This document shows positions 1-8,322 of a stretch of DNA of 30,189 bases, in pieces. The stretch lies in the IMG/VR virus record IMGVR_UViG_2663762810_000004, positions 1 to 30,189 of that record; one strand, 5' to 3'. The DNA is from a virus (Duplodnaviria; Heunggongvirae; Uroviricota; Caudoviricetes). The translations under genes and the position numbers were made by a program. Position 1 is the stretch's first letter. Every line of letters begins with the position of its first letter. The notes beneath the pieces were generated by a model. It did not search any database and was not told where the DNA came from. It saw only the letters and a list, made by a program, of their open reading frames with translations.

Positions 1-1128
1 TTAAGAGGGTATTTTTTGCCATTCTTTACCTCTGTCATCATGATATTTATCTGTTTGATGCTGGGTTTTATGACCCAGCAATTTTTGTGTATCAATTCCC
101 TGGTCTTTGTAAAGACGTTCAGACAATGATCTTTGCTCATGGAATGTAGCGGGTGTTCCATCTCCCCATTTAATACAAGCCTTATCCCTCGCCTTACTGA
201 AATTCATCGTTAATGTGTTCGATTTAACTTGTGCGCCTCGTTTAGCCTGTGATGTAGCTCGGAAAAAGTGAATCAGATAGGGGCTAACTGCATAATCTCG
301 ACAGCGCGCAACGACGTCACGTAAACTCCAGTTAATCGCATTGAGGCGAAGAGAAAGAGGTATAGCAATTTTGCTGCCGGTTTTTTCCTGTTCGATATGC
401 AGATGATCATCCCAGATATCGCTAAATTTCATTTTGGATATGTCACCAAGACGTTGCCCAGTCACAAGGGCAAGCAGCATTGCATTTCCCATATATTGAT
501 GTTTCTTATCTGCGATATCGAAAATCTTCAGCCACTCTTCGAGACTAAGTCGTTGTCTGGTAATCTTGCGCCTGGGCTGTTTAGTAGCAAGGGCAGGGTT
601 GTGACCAGGCGGCACTTCACCGTAGTGTTGGGCCTCTTTGAAAACATCGATCAGTACTGAACGAACAACTTGTGCCATTCTTGGTTGACCTGCAGATAGA
701 TACTCTTCAAGAATTTGAGCAATATCCCTGACATCAACAGAAGATATGAGCTTCATTCCCGCACGTTCCTTAAGAAGTGCAACTGGCTTGGCTTTTTGTT
801 TATACGTATTCTCCTTGATATCACCTGAAGCGAATCTTTCCTCCTGAATTTTCCAGTACCGCTCAAGCCAGGTAACAGTGGTAATTGACTTACCCTTGCC
901 GGTAGCAATTCGATCGCTTATAGCCAGTACCTGTCTTGAACGCTGCTCAGCAAGTCTTGCGTTTGCCTCAGTAGCAATTGCTTTAGCCTCAACTTCATCA
1001 GTACCTAGGCTGTGAAATTTCCCCGTTACAGGATGCTTGTACCTCCAATACACTTTATTGACCTTACGACTGTATAGTGGATAGAGGTTAGGTATTGATA
1101 CATTATTTTTACGTGGTCTCGCAGCCAT
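1..1128 (-). CDS. int: Tyrosine recombinase / phage integrase (lambda Int family). The ORF track extends to 1206, but the likely start is the internal Met (MAARPRK) at 1126-1128.
   Basis: Translation aligns along its length with the recalled lambda Int sequence, including the C-terminal catalytic region (HEQRSLSERLY ... LLGHK). It sits at the prophage edge, overlapping the xis 3' end. Confidence 0.9.
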   Translation of the reverse strand: MAARPRKNNVSIPNLYPLYSRKVNKVYWRYKHPVTGKFHSLGTDEVEAKAIATEANARLAEQRSRQVLAISDRIATGKGKSITTVTWLERYWKIQEERFASGDIKENTYKQKAKPVALLKERAGMKLISSVDVRDIAQILEEYLSAGQPRMAQVVRSVLIDVFKEAQHYGEVPPGHNPALATKQPRRKITRQRLSLEEWLKIFDIADKKHQYMGNAMLLALVTGQRLGDISKMKFSDIWDDHLHIEQEKTGSKIAIPLSLRLNAINWSLRDVVARCRDYAVSPYLIHFFRATSQAKRGAQVKSNTLTMNFSKARDKACIKWGDGTPATFHEQRSLSERLYKDQGIDTQKLLGHKTQHQTDKYHDDRGKEWQKIPS

Positions 1129-1354
1129 CGCTGAGGATCCTTTGCAATTTTGGTGAATCAGATTTCTTGATAACCGGCGCAGCAAGTTCTCCAACCAATT
1201 CCGCATCCTCCCTAACTCTCCAGAGCCTACCTTGCTTCATTGCTGGTGGAGAAAAGAGATTTTGCTTAGCGTAACGGCGCAATGTCGAGACGCTAGGTGG
1301 ATTACTTCTGTATTTATCGGTTGCCCATTCTTCAAGAGTTAACATCTGAATCAT
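1109..1354 (-). CDS. xis: Excisionase (Xis-like small DNA-binding protein)
   Basis: 81 aa ORF immediately upstream of and overlapping int. The LTLEEWA...STLRRYAK...GRLWRV pattern is typical of phage excisionase/AlpA-type HTH proteins. Confidence 0.75.
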   Translation of the reverse strand: MIQMLTLEEWATDKYRSNPPSVSTLRRYAKQNLFSPPAMKQGRLWRVREDAELVGELAAPVIKKSDSPKLQRILSDGCETT

Positions 1355-1399
1355 GCGTTATTCTCCATTTAATAACCCGGCTGCACCCGGCATACGTCA

Positions 1400-1702
1400 T
1401 TATAAATTATCGCTGGTTAGCTTTGGTGGAACAGCATAGAGAGGCCCAGGTGAGACATCAAAACGGCGCCAGCGTATATTACAGGTTCTCTCTTCACCTT
1501 TTTTGTGCCAGGCAACGACATCTGCCACTGGCTCGGCGTTCCTACCTGCCAACACCTCATCTACTACCTTCAACATATCCGCGAGAATGTAAGCTCTGTT
1601 CCCGCCGTTTGAGTACTGGGTATCATGCAGTAGGTGTTCACGTATCTGGTGTAGGCGATCGAGTGATACAGAACCGTTCGCCGGGTGGTTGTTAGTTGTC
1701 AT
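1400..1702 (-). CDS. Hypothetical prophage early protein
   Basis: 100 aa ORF in the leftward operon; its start overlaps the stop of the upstream ORF (coupled arrangement). No family recognised. Confidence 0.55.
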   Translation of the reverse strand: MTTNNHPANGSVSLDRLHQIREHLLHDTQYSNGGNRAYILADMLKVVDEVLAGRNAEPVADVVAWHKKGEERTCNIRWRRFDVSPGPLYAVPPKLTSDNL

Positions 1703-2028
1703 GCTGCCCCCCTACGTTGATGGCCCAGTGCGTGACGCGCTTCTATCGGGTCCTCTTCTTCGTATTCACCATTGACGCTTTTCACCATCGCCACGCAGCA
1801 TTCGTTGCAGCACCGATAGGACATAAGTTCGCCGTCGAATTTCCACGCCGTACTACGGTGAATTTCATCCTTTAAAATTACGCCAGCGCAAATGTGGCAT
1901 TTGTATTCACCTCGAGAGGTAACGATTTTGTTCGATAGTTCTGTATCGCATGGCGTACCGAAATCACCTTCGAAAAGATCAAAGTCCAGTGCGTCGTCTA
2001 AATCCTGTTTGTTGAGTGAGTTAGTCAT
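1699..2028 (-). CDS. Hypothetical Cys-rich small protein, possibly zinc-binding. Start taken at the internal Met (MTNSLNK) at 2026-2028.
   Basis: Multiple CxxC-like cysteine pairs (CHIC ... CCNECC). The ATG at 2026-2028 overlaps the TAA stop (2021-2023) of the upstream gene. Confidence 0.55.
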   Translation of the reverse strand: MTNSLNKQDLDDALDFDLFEGDFGTPCDTELSNKIVTSRGEYKCHICAGVILKDEIHRSTAWKFDGELMSYRCCNECCVAMVKSVNGEYEEEDPIEARHALGHQRRGAA

Positions 2029-2365
2029 TCCAGGCCTCCAGCTCATTCTGAATCTCTTCGTCGATTTCGTCATTGGTGGCGTCTTCGTTCAGATAGGCGT
2101 GCGCCTCTTTGAAATACTTGTCGCGGCGTTCGTCATACCAGGCAGAGAACTCAGGCGACCAGGCATGGGTATGTCCGAAAAAATCGACTCTGGCGTTATC
2201 TTCTGCGAGACGCTCAACCATGCAGTAAGCTGTGATCAAACCGCATTCACGGATGTACCCACGCAGGTCGCGCTTGCGCCAGTACGGGCTATATTTCGAG
2301 TCGCAGCGGCTTTTAAATTCGACAGTCCAGCGACGGATGCAACGTGCGTTCAGTGATTTACTCAT
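2021..2365 (-). CDS. Hypothetical prophage early protein
   Basis: 114 aa ORF in the same leftward operon, with start/stop overlaps on both neighbours. Confidence 0.55.
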   Translation of the reverse strand: MSKSLNARCIRRWTVEFKSRCDSKYSPYWRKRDLRGYIRECGLITAYCMVERLAEDNARVDFFGHTHAWSPEFSAWYDERRDKYFKEAHAYLNEDATNDEIDEEIQNELEAWND

Positions 2366-2616
2366 TGAGTTGCTCCCTGTCTGGCTCTATTCAATAACTG
2401 GTTAAACATCATGGTTAGGCTGTTACTGCACCCAAATGGCATATCGTTAACACGGTATGTTGGAATGCCCTTGCGAACACCTGACTTCACGATCCGGCCG
2501 GTGCCATAGAGTTGCGATAATGCGCCAGCGACCGCGGGTGTCTTTTTGTTCATACCTTTGGCGATTTCACCGCTGGTGGTATTCGGATGAGCCTGGAGAT
2601 ATTCAAATACGGTCAT
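2362..2616 (-). CDS. Small hypothetical protein, possibly winged-helix DNA-binding
   Basis: 84 aa; the N-terminal segment (EYLQAHPNTTSGEIAKGM...) resembles wHTH regulators. Its start overlaps the stop of the upstream small ORF (ATGA). Confidence 0.55.
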   Translation of the reverse strand: MTVFEYLQAHPNTTSGEIAKGMNKKTPAVAGALSQLYGTGRIVKSGVRKGIPTYRVNDMPFGCSNSLTMMFNQLLNRARQGATQ

Positions 2617-2789
2617 GGCGTTTTACCTTTACGTTCCTGTTCCAGTTGCACCAGAGACTCTTTTAATGCTGCGAACGTAGCGTCCAGTCTGGTGGCAACT
2701 TCGCGCATAAGCGGTGCATGCTTTGGTGGCAGTTCAGCAACGGAGGCAAAAGCCTCCGTAACGAGTTCTTTTACCTTCATGCGGCGCAT
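2614..2789 (-). CDS. Small hypothetical protein (about 58 aa), below the ORF-track size cutoff
   Basis: Hand translation of the minus strand gives MRRMKVKELVTEAFASVAELPPKHAPLMREVATRLDATFAALKESLVQLEQERKGKTP. A GGAG lies about 9 nt upstream and the stop overlaps the next start (ATGA). Confidence 0.4.
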
Positions 2790-2832
2790 TGGCGCAGCTC
2801 CGCCAGTTCGTTAAAGCGTTGCGCACAGGGGG

Positions 2833-3270
2833 TTGCGCCTTCCGGATGAGAAGATCCGCTCTGTCATGAGGGAAAGCGACATAGTGCCTTCCCCGTCTGC
2901 AACCAGCCTCGTGCAGAAGAAAGCGAAGAAGATCCTCACGCTCTCTGTTGATCCGGAGTCTCCTGAATCTTTCATGCTCAGGCCAAAACGCCGCCGCTGG
3001 GTAAATGAGACATACACCCGCTGGGTTAAAACACAACCCTGTGAGTGTTGCCGACGGCCAGCAGATGATCCGCACCATATCGTAGGGCACGGTTTGGGTG
3101 GTACAGCAACAAAAGCCCATGACCTCTTCGTGATCCCTCTGTGCAGAGAGTGCCACGACGAGTTACACGCCGATGTACCGGCATTCGAGCAGAAGCATGG
3201 TACGCAGCTTGAGCTGCTACTGCGTTTTATGGATCGGGCGCTGGCGATCGGCGTAATTGCGAAAGCTTAA
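2833..3270 (+). CDS. HNH-like Cys/His zinc-binding protein (DUF968/YdfU-like or NinG-like) upstream of Q
   Basis: Motif PCECC...HHIVGHG...LCRECHDELH. Position immediately upstream of the Q-like gene matches the recalled ydfU-quuQ arrangement of the Qin prophage. Confidence 0.5.
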   Translation: MRLPDEKIRSVMRESDIVPSPSATSLVQKKAKKILTLSVDPESPESFMLRPKRRRWVNETYTRWVKTQPCECCRRPADDPHHIVGHGLGGTATKAHDLFVIPLCRECHDELHADVPAFEQKHGTQLELLLRFMDRALAIGVIAKA

Positions 3271-3981
3271 GTGTATGGAGCGCAAAGAAGCATGAATCAA
3301 CAAGACCTGAATTTTGTAAGAATAGAATTGCGCCGCGCGCTACCTGACCTCTCTGGGGGAACAAAAGGGCAGCTTGAGGCTTTCAGTGAACACCCACCAG
3401 CAGACAAAAATGCCACCCCGCGCCGTGGAATTCATCTCGTCGAACTCGAAGGAGAGAAGGGGCCTCGCTTTGTTAACTCGCTTTCCGCGCCATTGTATGT
3501 ATTGGAAACACGCAGCCGCTGCAGGCCAATGCCGCCGATAAAAGATGCGGAATTTGAGTCCGCGCCGTGGCGTAGGGCAGTGTCCGCGCTTAGTGGATAC
3601 CAGCAGGCCTGGTTGCGGTACTGCTACGGTTTTGACCTTAGCTATAAGCACCAGGTGATGATGTGTGAATACGTCTGGAAAACTTATCAGAAATGCCTGG
3701 GTGATAATTCCCTTCAGGAGCGCGTAGTAAAGAAACTGATTGGCCTGGTATGGCTGGCAGGGCAGGAAATTGCCGCAACCAGAAATAATGAAACCTATAA
3801 AGACTATGCTGGTGCAGCGTTGGCCCGCATGGTTAGCGTTGATCGTTCGACATGGTTGCGTGTCTATTCAGGGCACTGGGCTGGGTTAAAGGCCGCTTTT
3901 ACCCAGCTTGATGAATCTGCGTTGGCAATGGCTCTTGAATACTATGAGGAAGAAGAAGCCCTCAAAGTGGCAGAAATGTAA
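3271..3981 (+). CDS. Putative late-gene antitermination protein Q-like (QuuQ-type)
   Basis: 236 aa ORF placed between the nin-like gene and a tR'-like terminator ahead of the lysis genes. Family assignment is from gene context and recalled similarity only. Confidence 0.45.
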   Translation: MYGAQRSMNQQDLNFVRIELRRALPDLSGGTKGQLEAFSEHPPADKNATPRRGIHLVELEGEKGPRFVNSLSAPLYVLETRSRCRPMPPIKDAEFESAPWRRAVSALSGYQQAWLRYCYGFDLSYKHQVMMCEYVWKTYQKCLGDNSLQERVVKKLIGLVWLAGQEIAATRNNETYKDYAGAALARMVSVDRSTWLRVYSGHWAGLKAAFTQLDESALAMALEYYEEEEALKVAEM

Positions 3982-4075
3982 AGTAAATTTCACTATCTCC
4001 TTCAAACGCGCTTGCAAAATGCAACAAAATAAGCCATATTTAAAGCGTATTTGATATGTTGCCAAAGTTTTATAA

Positions 4076-4100
4076 ACCCGCCAATGAGCGGGTTTTTGCG
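4076..4100 (+). terminator. Rho-independent terminator (tR'-like) downstream of the Q-like gene
   Basis: AAACCCGC-caatga-GCGGGTTTTTGCG: an 8 bp GC-rich stem followed by a T-run. Confidence 0.6.
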
Positions 4101-4144
4101 TTATAATTCACCGATTTAAACCAATTGTTTTAAATAGGTGAAGT

Positions 4145-4996
4145 ATGAAAATAGATAATCCCGAAAATCCACTTGAACGAAACGATTTTTCGATGGATGA
4201 CTTCCATCACTACTTAAGGGAGTTTGATAAAGCTGTATGTGAAGCGAATGCTGTAAGTCAGGGGGTTGGTGTGCGAATGGCTGAGGCTTTTAAAGGGTGG
4301 TCTACATACATTTTTTCACGAATCTGCATTCATGCTTCAATAATGATTTCCAACGTACCAAAATCAAGATGGGCTAAGCGGGATTATGACTTTTGGGATT
4401 TTTCGGCGATTGCACCTCATGTAAGAGCGATTCTGGAAGCTGAGTTATTGTTTATGTATTTATCTGAGAATCCAGATTCAACTGAGGAGTGGTCAGCAAA
4501 GTTGAATGTCATGCACATGAATGATTGTGTAAAGAGAATTGAGTTATTTACATCTAGTGATAATACGAAAGCATTGGATTTTTATCATGAACAAAAAGAT
4601 ATAATAACTGAGAGACTTAATAACAACCCTGTTTTTTTATCCCTTGAACAAGGAACCAGAAAACGTTGCTTGACTGGAAAAGCGCTTATGATTCCAAATC
4701 GAGATGAGTTATTGGTTAAACTGGGAAAAGATCCAAAGTCATTTAAAATAATGTTCGATTTTTTATCTCATTATACGCATATACTACCTATGTCATATTA
4801 TAAAATGGAGCCAAACGGAAGAGGAACTGGTTGTTTTAACAACTATGACTTTGGCTATATGATTATGGGGATGATTATTTGTACTGAATCCTTGACTAAG
4901 TGTACAGATAGATTAGTAGAACTTTTTCCTGATGTTAGACGGTTGCGAAAAGGAACTAAATCAAAATTCACGTTAGGTCCTAAACCTACAAAATAA
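4145..4996 (+). CDS. AT-rich hypothetical cargo protein (283 aa)
   Basis: Long ORF in a distinctly AT-rich block between the Q terminator and the lysis cassette. No recognisable family. Confidence 0.6.
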   Translation: MKIDNPENPLERNDFSMDDFHHYLREFDKAVCEANAVSQGVGVRMAEAFKGWSTYIFSRICIHASIMISNVPKSRWAKRDYDFWDFSAIAPHVRAILEAELLFMYLSENPDSTEEWSAKLNVMHMNDCVKRIELFTSSDNTKALDFYHEQKDIITERLNNNPVFLSLEQGTRKRCLTGKALMIPNRDELLVKLGKDPKSFKIMFDFLSHYTHILPMSYYKMEPNGRGTGCFNNYDFGYMIMGMIICTESLTKCTDRLVELFPDVRRLRKGTKSKFTLGPKPTK

Positions 4997-5022
4997 CAAT
5001 GAGTCGCTTGCTGCTATTTTAA

Positions 5023-5050
5023 AGGCTTCCAAATGGAAGTCTTTTATAAT
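5023..5050 (+). terminator. Possible terminator after the 4145-4996 gene
   Basis: Imperfect hairpin AGGCTTCC-aaat-GGAAGTCT followed by a T-rich tract. Confidence 0.35.
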
Positions 5051-5214
5051 TTCAGGTTTCGCAAATTATACTTATCTTCACATTTTCATAATAGCGCATA
5101 AGCCAGCCCCCCCTCCATCAACCACAGCGCCATACGAACTATCGGAGGTGAGGCTAAATTAGTAATCGTTCTTACCTGCACAGGTGCATAAAAATCAGCC
5201 TAAAATGCGAGTTT

Positions 5215-5877
5215 TTATGAAGAGAGCAGCATGACTTTTTCTTTTGCGGGCGAAGGTGACTGCTCTTTCAAAGGGAAAATTATAAATGCTATAAATGCAG
5301 TAAATAATACTATGAAAGCTAGCACTGTAACTTTCCTTGAAGATGATAGGGCTTTGTTATATTCCTTGGCTATTTTGTTCGTTATATGGATCTTAGTGCT
5401 ATTTATTTCATCTTTTAGTATGGATAATTTATTTATAAATTCCTGTGTTTCTTCTCGAGAGTAAAGTTCTGAAGCATCTCTTGGGGTTTCATGTGGATGC
5501 CGAGTATAACCAAGTATTTGTGGTATTAAATTACCATGCGATTGAACTACAGATTCATATTTCTTATAGCAAGCATTATCAAAAAATCTCATTCTTATGC
5601 TAAGTTCTCTGAGTTTGTCAACGTCTAGAGAAACTTGTTCGTTGGCAATAATTAAATCTCCGCGGTTTAATGTATTCTTGTGTTGAAAAATTAGTAAAAG
5701 CCATTCTGTATTATTGTAAAGCTTTTCAAGATTGGCATGTATATCAAGTCCGAGTTTTTCATATGCGGATAATTTGACCTCTTTTTCCTTTGCAGAAAGA
5801 GAAGATGAATAAGCCAGTAATCCGCTTATTATGGCAACAATAAATGTTCCTATAATGGTTAAGGTATTCGAGTCCAT
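5215..5877 (-). CDS. AT-rich hypothetical membrane protein. Start taken at the internal Met (MDSNTLTII) at 5875-5877; the ORF track extends to 5934.
   Basis: Hydrophobic segments at both the N terminus (IIGTFIVAIISGLLAY) and C terminus (VLAFIVLFTAFIAFIIF). Convergent with the 4145-4996 gene. Confidence 0.5.
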   Translation of the reverse strand: MDSNTLTIIGTFIVAIISGLLAYSSSLSAKEKEVKLSAYEKLGLDIHANLEKLYNNTEWLLLIFQHKNTLNRGDLIIANEQVSLDVDKLRELSIRMRFFDNACYKKYESVVQSHGNLIPQILGYTRHPHETPRDASELYSREETQEFINKLSILKDEINSTKIHITNKIAKEYNKALSSSRKVTVLAFIVLFTAFIAFIIFPLKEQSPSPAKEKVMLLSS

Positions 5878-5984
5878 TGTATTCTTCAAAAGTTGGTCAA
5901 AAATATATTGTAATATTTTAATGTATAAAATCAATCATTTCCCCTCATTCTGAGAGGACTCACAGCAACAAAGAGGGGGGCTAA

Positions 5985-6371
5985 ATGTCCGATCCGATTT
6001 CCGGTTCTGGGATGGCTGGTGGTGTCCTGACGGGGGCCAGCGTCTATGGATTTCTGTCCGGAACCGATTACGGCGTGGTGTTTGGCGCATTTGCCGGGGC
6101 TGTATTTTACATTGCAACCGCAGCGGATCTAAGTGCAGCGCGCCGACTGGCATATTTTCTGGTGTCGTATATTGCGGGGATCCTTTGTTCCGGGCTGGTG
6201 GGTTCAAAGCTGGCTCAGGCTACCGGCTACAGTGATAAACCACTGGATGCCATTGGCGCCGTAATCGTTTCTGCTTTAGCCGTCAAAATCCTGACATTCC
6301 TGAATAATCAGGATGTCGGCTCGCTGGTGGCGCTGATAACGCGCCGGGGAGGTTCAGGTGGTACAAAATGA
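5985..6371 (+). CDS. Putative holin-like membrane protein
   Basis: 128 aa Gly/Ala-rich protein with several hydrophobic segments, directly upstream of the endolysin. SD-like GAGGGGGG lies upstream of the ATG. Confidence 0.5.
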   Translation: MSDPISGSGMAGGVLTGASVYGFLSGTDYGVVFGAFAGAVFYIATAADLSAARRLAYFLVSYIAGILCSGLVGSKLAQATGYSDKPLDAIGAVIVSALAVKILTFLNNQDVGSLVALITRRGGSGGTK

Positions 6372-6639
6372 CCCATCGGCAACTTTTAATGCATTGCTTT
6401 GTGCTGGGGTAGTGTTAACCCTGATGTTTTACCGTCGCGGCGACTCGCGACATCGACCGTGGATATCTCGCTTAGCGTGGCTGCTTACGGTCATCTACAG
6501 CGCCGTTCCGCTGGCGTATCTGTGCGGTATTTACCCGTACTCATCATGGGCCACTATCGGGGCCAACTTTATTTTCCTGTCCGTGCTGGTCGCCGTAAGA
6601 GGCAACGTGGCACGTCTGGTTGATCATCTGAGGCACTAA
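6358..6639 (+). CDS. Putative second holin/antiholin-like membrane protein
   Basis: 93 aa with 2-3 hydrophobic segments; overlaps the previous gene's end and abuts the endolysin start. Confidence 0.45.
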   Translation: MVQNDPSATFNALLCAGVVLTLMFYRRGDSRHRPWISRLAWLLTVIYSAVPLAYLCGIYPYSSWATIGANFIFLSVLVAVRGNVARLVDHLRH

Positions 6640-7253
6640 TGAACCAATCACAATTTCAGCAGGCGGCTGGTATCAGCGCCGGGCTTTCTGCGCGCTGGTT
6701 TCCGCACATTGACGCGGCAATGAAAGAGTTTGGCATTACAGCTACGAACGATCTGGCTATGTTCATCGCCCAGGTTGGGCATGAGTCTGCTGGCTTTACC
6801 TCGCTGGTGGAAAGCTTCAACTACTCGGTAGAGGGGCTGAAGAAAACCTTTGGTAAACGGCTTACTCCTTATCAGTGTGAAATGCTGGGTCGTGTCGATG
6901 GTAAGCAGGTGGCCCACCAGCCGCAAATAGCCAATCTGGTTTATGGTGACCGCATGGGGAATAACAGCCAGGGTGACGGCTGGAAATATCGCGGTCGCGG
7001 CCTGCTGCAAATCACGGGTCGTGAGAACTACACCAAATGCGGCACGGCGCTGAAACTTGACCTTATCAGTACGCCAGAATTGCTAACGCAAGAGCGACAT
7101 GCGGCTCGTTCGGCTGCGTGGTACTTCACGTTACGCGGTTGCCTGATGTATTCGGGTGACGTGGCACGCGTTACGCAGATTATTAACGGCGGACAGAACG
7201 GCATTAAAGACCGCCGTGAACGTTACGCCAAAGCTAAAGCTGCACTGGTGTGA
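6639..7253 (+). CDS. Endolysin, glycoside hydrolase family 19 (chitinase-like lysozyme)
   Basis: Contains the GH19 endolysin hallmark FIAQVGHESAGF and NYTKCG/LLQITGRENY motifs; sits between holin-like and spanin genes. Confidence 0.9.
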   Translation: MNQSQFQQAAGISAGLSARWFPHIDAAMKEFGITATNDLAMFIAQVGHESAGFTSLVESFNYSVEGLKKTFGKRLTPYQCEMLGRVDGKQVAHQPQIANLVYGDRMGNNSQGDGWKYRGRGLLQITGRENYTKCGTALKLDLISTPELLTQERHAARSAAWYFTLRGCLMYSGDVARVTQIINGGQNGIKDRRERYAKAKAALV

Positions 7254-7260
7254 GGTCAGT

Positions 7261-7530
7261 ATGGGGCTTGAAATGATTATCGGCCTGGTTGTTGCTGTGC
7301 TGGCTGCAATTGCAGGTGCTTTTGGGCTGGGCAAATCACGCGGTACCAGTATCGCTGAAACAAAAGCGGACCAACAACGCACTGAAGAACGTGCAATAGC
7401 TATTGAAGCGGTTGCAGAACGCCGGGTAGAAACAACAAAAGGAGCCAGGGATGTACAACAGACTGTTAACCATATGCCTGATGACGCTGCTGATCGCGAG
7501 CTGCGCAAAAACTGGACACGTAAGGATTGA
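7261..7530 (+). CDS. i-spanin (Rz-like). Start taken at the internal Met (MGLEMIIGL) at 7261; the ORF track begins at 7156.
   Basis: N-terminal TM helix (IIGLVVAVLAAIAGAF) followed by a charged helical region, immediately after the endolysin. Confidence 0.6.
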   Translation: MGLEMIIGLVVAVLAAIAGAFGLGKSRGTSIAETKADQQRTEERAIAIEAVAERRVETTKGARDVQQTVNHMPDDAADRELRKNWTRKD

Positions 7531-7672
7531 GGTTATTGACACCGGCTGCGATTGGGTAAAACCCATCTACGGCACTGCTCATGATTGGGAAGTGCTGGAC
7601 AGGCAGACCAAGAAAGACATTCTTATGCATAACAAAGTGTGGATGTCAAACTGTGGCTCTATAACTTATTGA
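7451..7672 (+). CDS. o-spanin (Rz1-like outer-membrane lipoprotein), overlapped type
   Basis: Signal peptide with lipobox LIASC. Begins in the +1 frame inside the i-spanin gene and extends beyond it. Confidence 0.6.
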   Translation: MYNRLLTICLMTLLIASCAKTGHVRIEVIDTGCDWVKPIYGTAHDWEVLDRQTKKDILMHNKVWMSNCGSITY

Positions 7673-8322
7673 TTTTGTTTTTTGTTGTCTACCATATCAG
7701 GCAATGTGAAGGCATATAGAAGAAATACTTCGGTGAAACCAATCATTTCTTGAGCATCTTCTTTTGAAAATTCTTCATCAGAATGAACTGCTCCATTGGA
7801 ATCGATTCGAACTATATGTGCCCATTCCCTCATTTGATCTGTAATCAGTCCCTTAGCATGCAACATAGAAATCCGTTTAACCAATTTTTCATCTTTTGAG
7901 TCATTTCCCAGTAACTCCCGTGTAGCAATGTCCAAGACTTTACGGCAAAGCATAACGGATGTGTCGAAACGACAGCGCCCTAAGTTGTCTTTTGCTTCTA
8001 TGAAAGCCATAGCAGCACGTGGCGGAGTGTGTTCGGGGGCGTTAAGGAGGGTGGGTTTCGGGATGATATCAATCAACTGGTACTCAGTATTTCCAGGAAT
8101 GATTACGTTTACATCATTATTTTGCCTAGATTTTGCACGAGGTAAATAACCACCGGGATTATTCATTTTTACAATAGCAATACCTGATTGAAAACAGCTT
8201 CGACAACAAAATGCAATATTAACTAAAGGCCCGGCGTTGATACGCAGTTCTGCCCATCCTTCAAGGACAGCATTTTCCCTCAGACAATGTGGGCAAGTGA
8301 TATCGAAAGTGAGAATTCGCAT
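7666..8322 (-). CDS. DUF4145-like protein with N-terminal Cys cluster (candidate abortive-infection/defence gene). Start taken at MRILTFD (8320-8322).
   Basis: C-terminal region (RKVLDIATRELLG...HAKGLITDQMREWAHIVRIDSNGAVH) matches the recalled DUF4145 helical signature. N-terminal CPHC...CCRSC suggests a zinc ribbon. Lies in the moron slot between lysis and packaging genes. Confidence 0.6.
   Translation of the reverse strand: MRILTFDITCPHCLRENAVLEGWAELRINAGPLVNIAFCCRSCFQSGIAIVKMNNPGGYLPRAKSRQNNDVNVIIPGNTEYQLIDIIPKPTLLNAPEHTPPRAAMAFIEAKDNLGRCRFDTSVMLCRKVLDIATRELLGNDSKDEKLVKRISMLHAKGLITDQMREWAHIVRIDSNGAVHSDEEFSKEDAQEMIGFTEVFLLYAFTLPDMVDNKKQNQ

Noticed and set aside
397-660. 87 aa plus-strand ORF inside the integrase gene
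   Set aside because: Embedded antisense within a confidently identified integrase; no start context.
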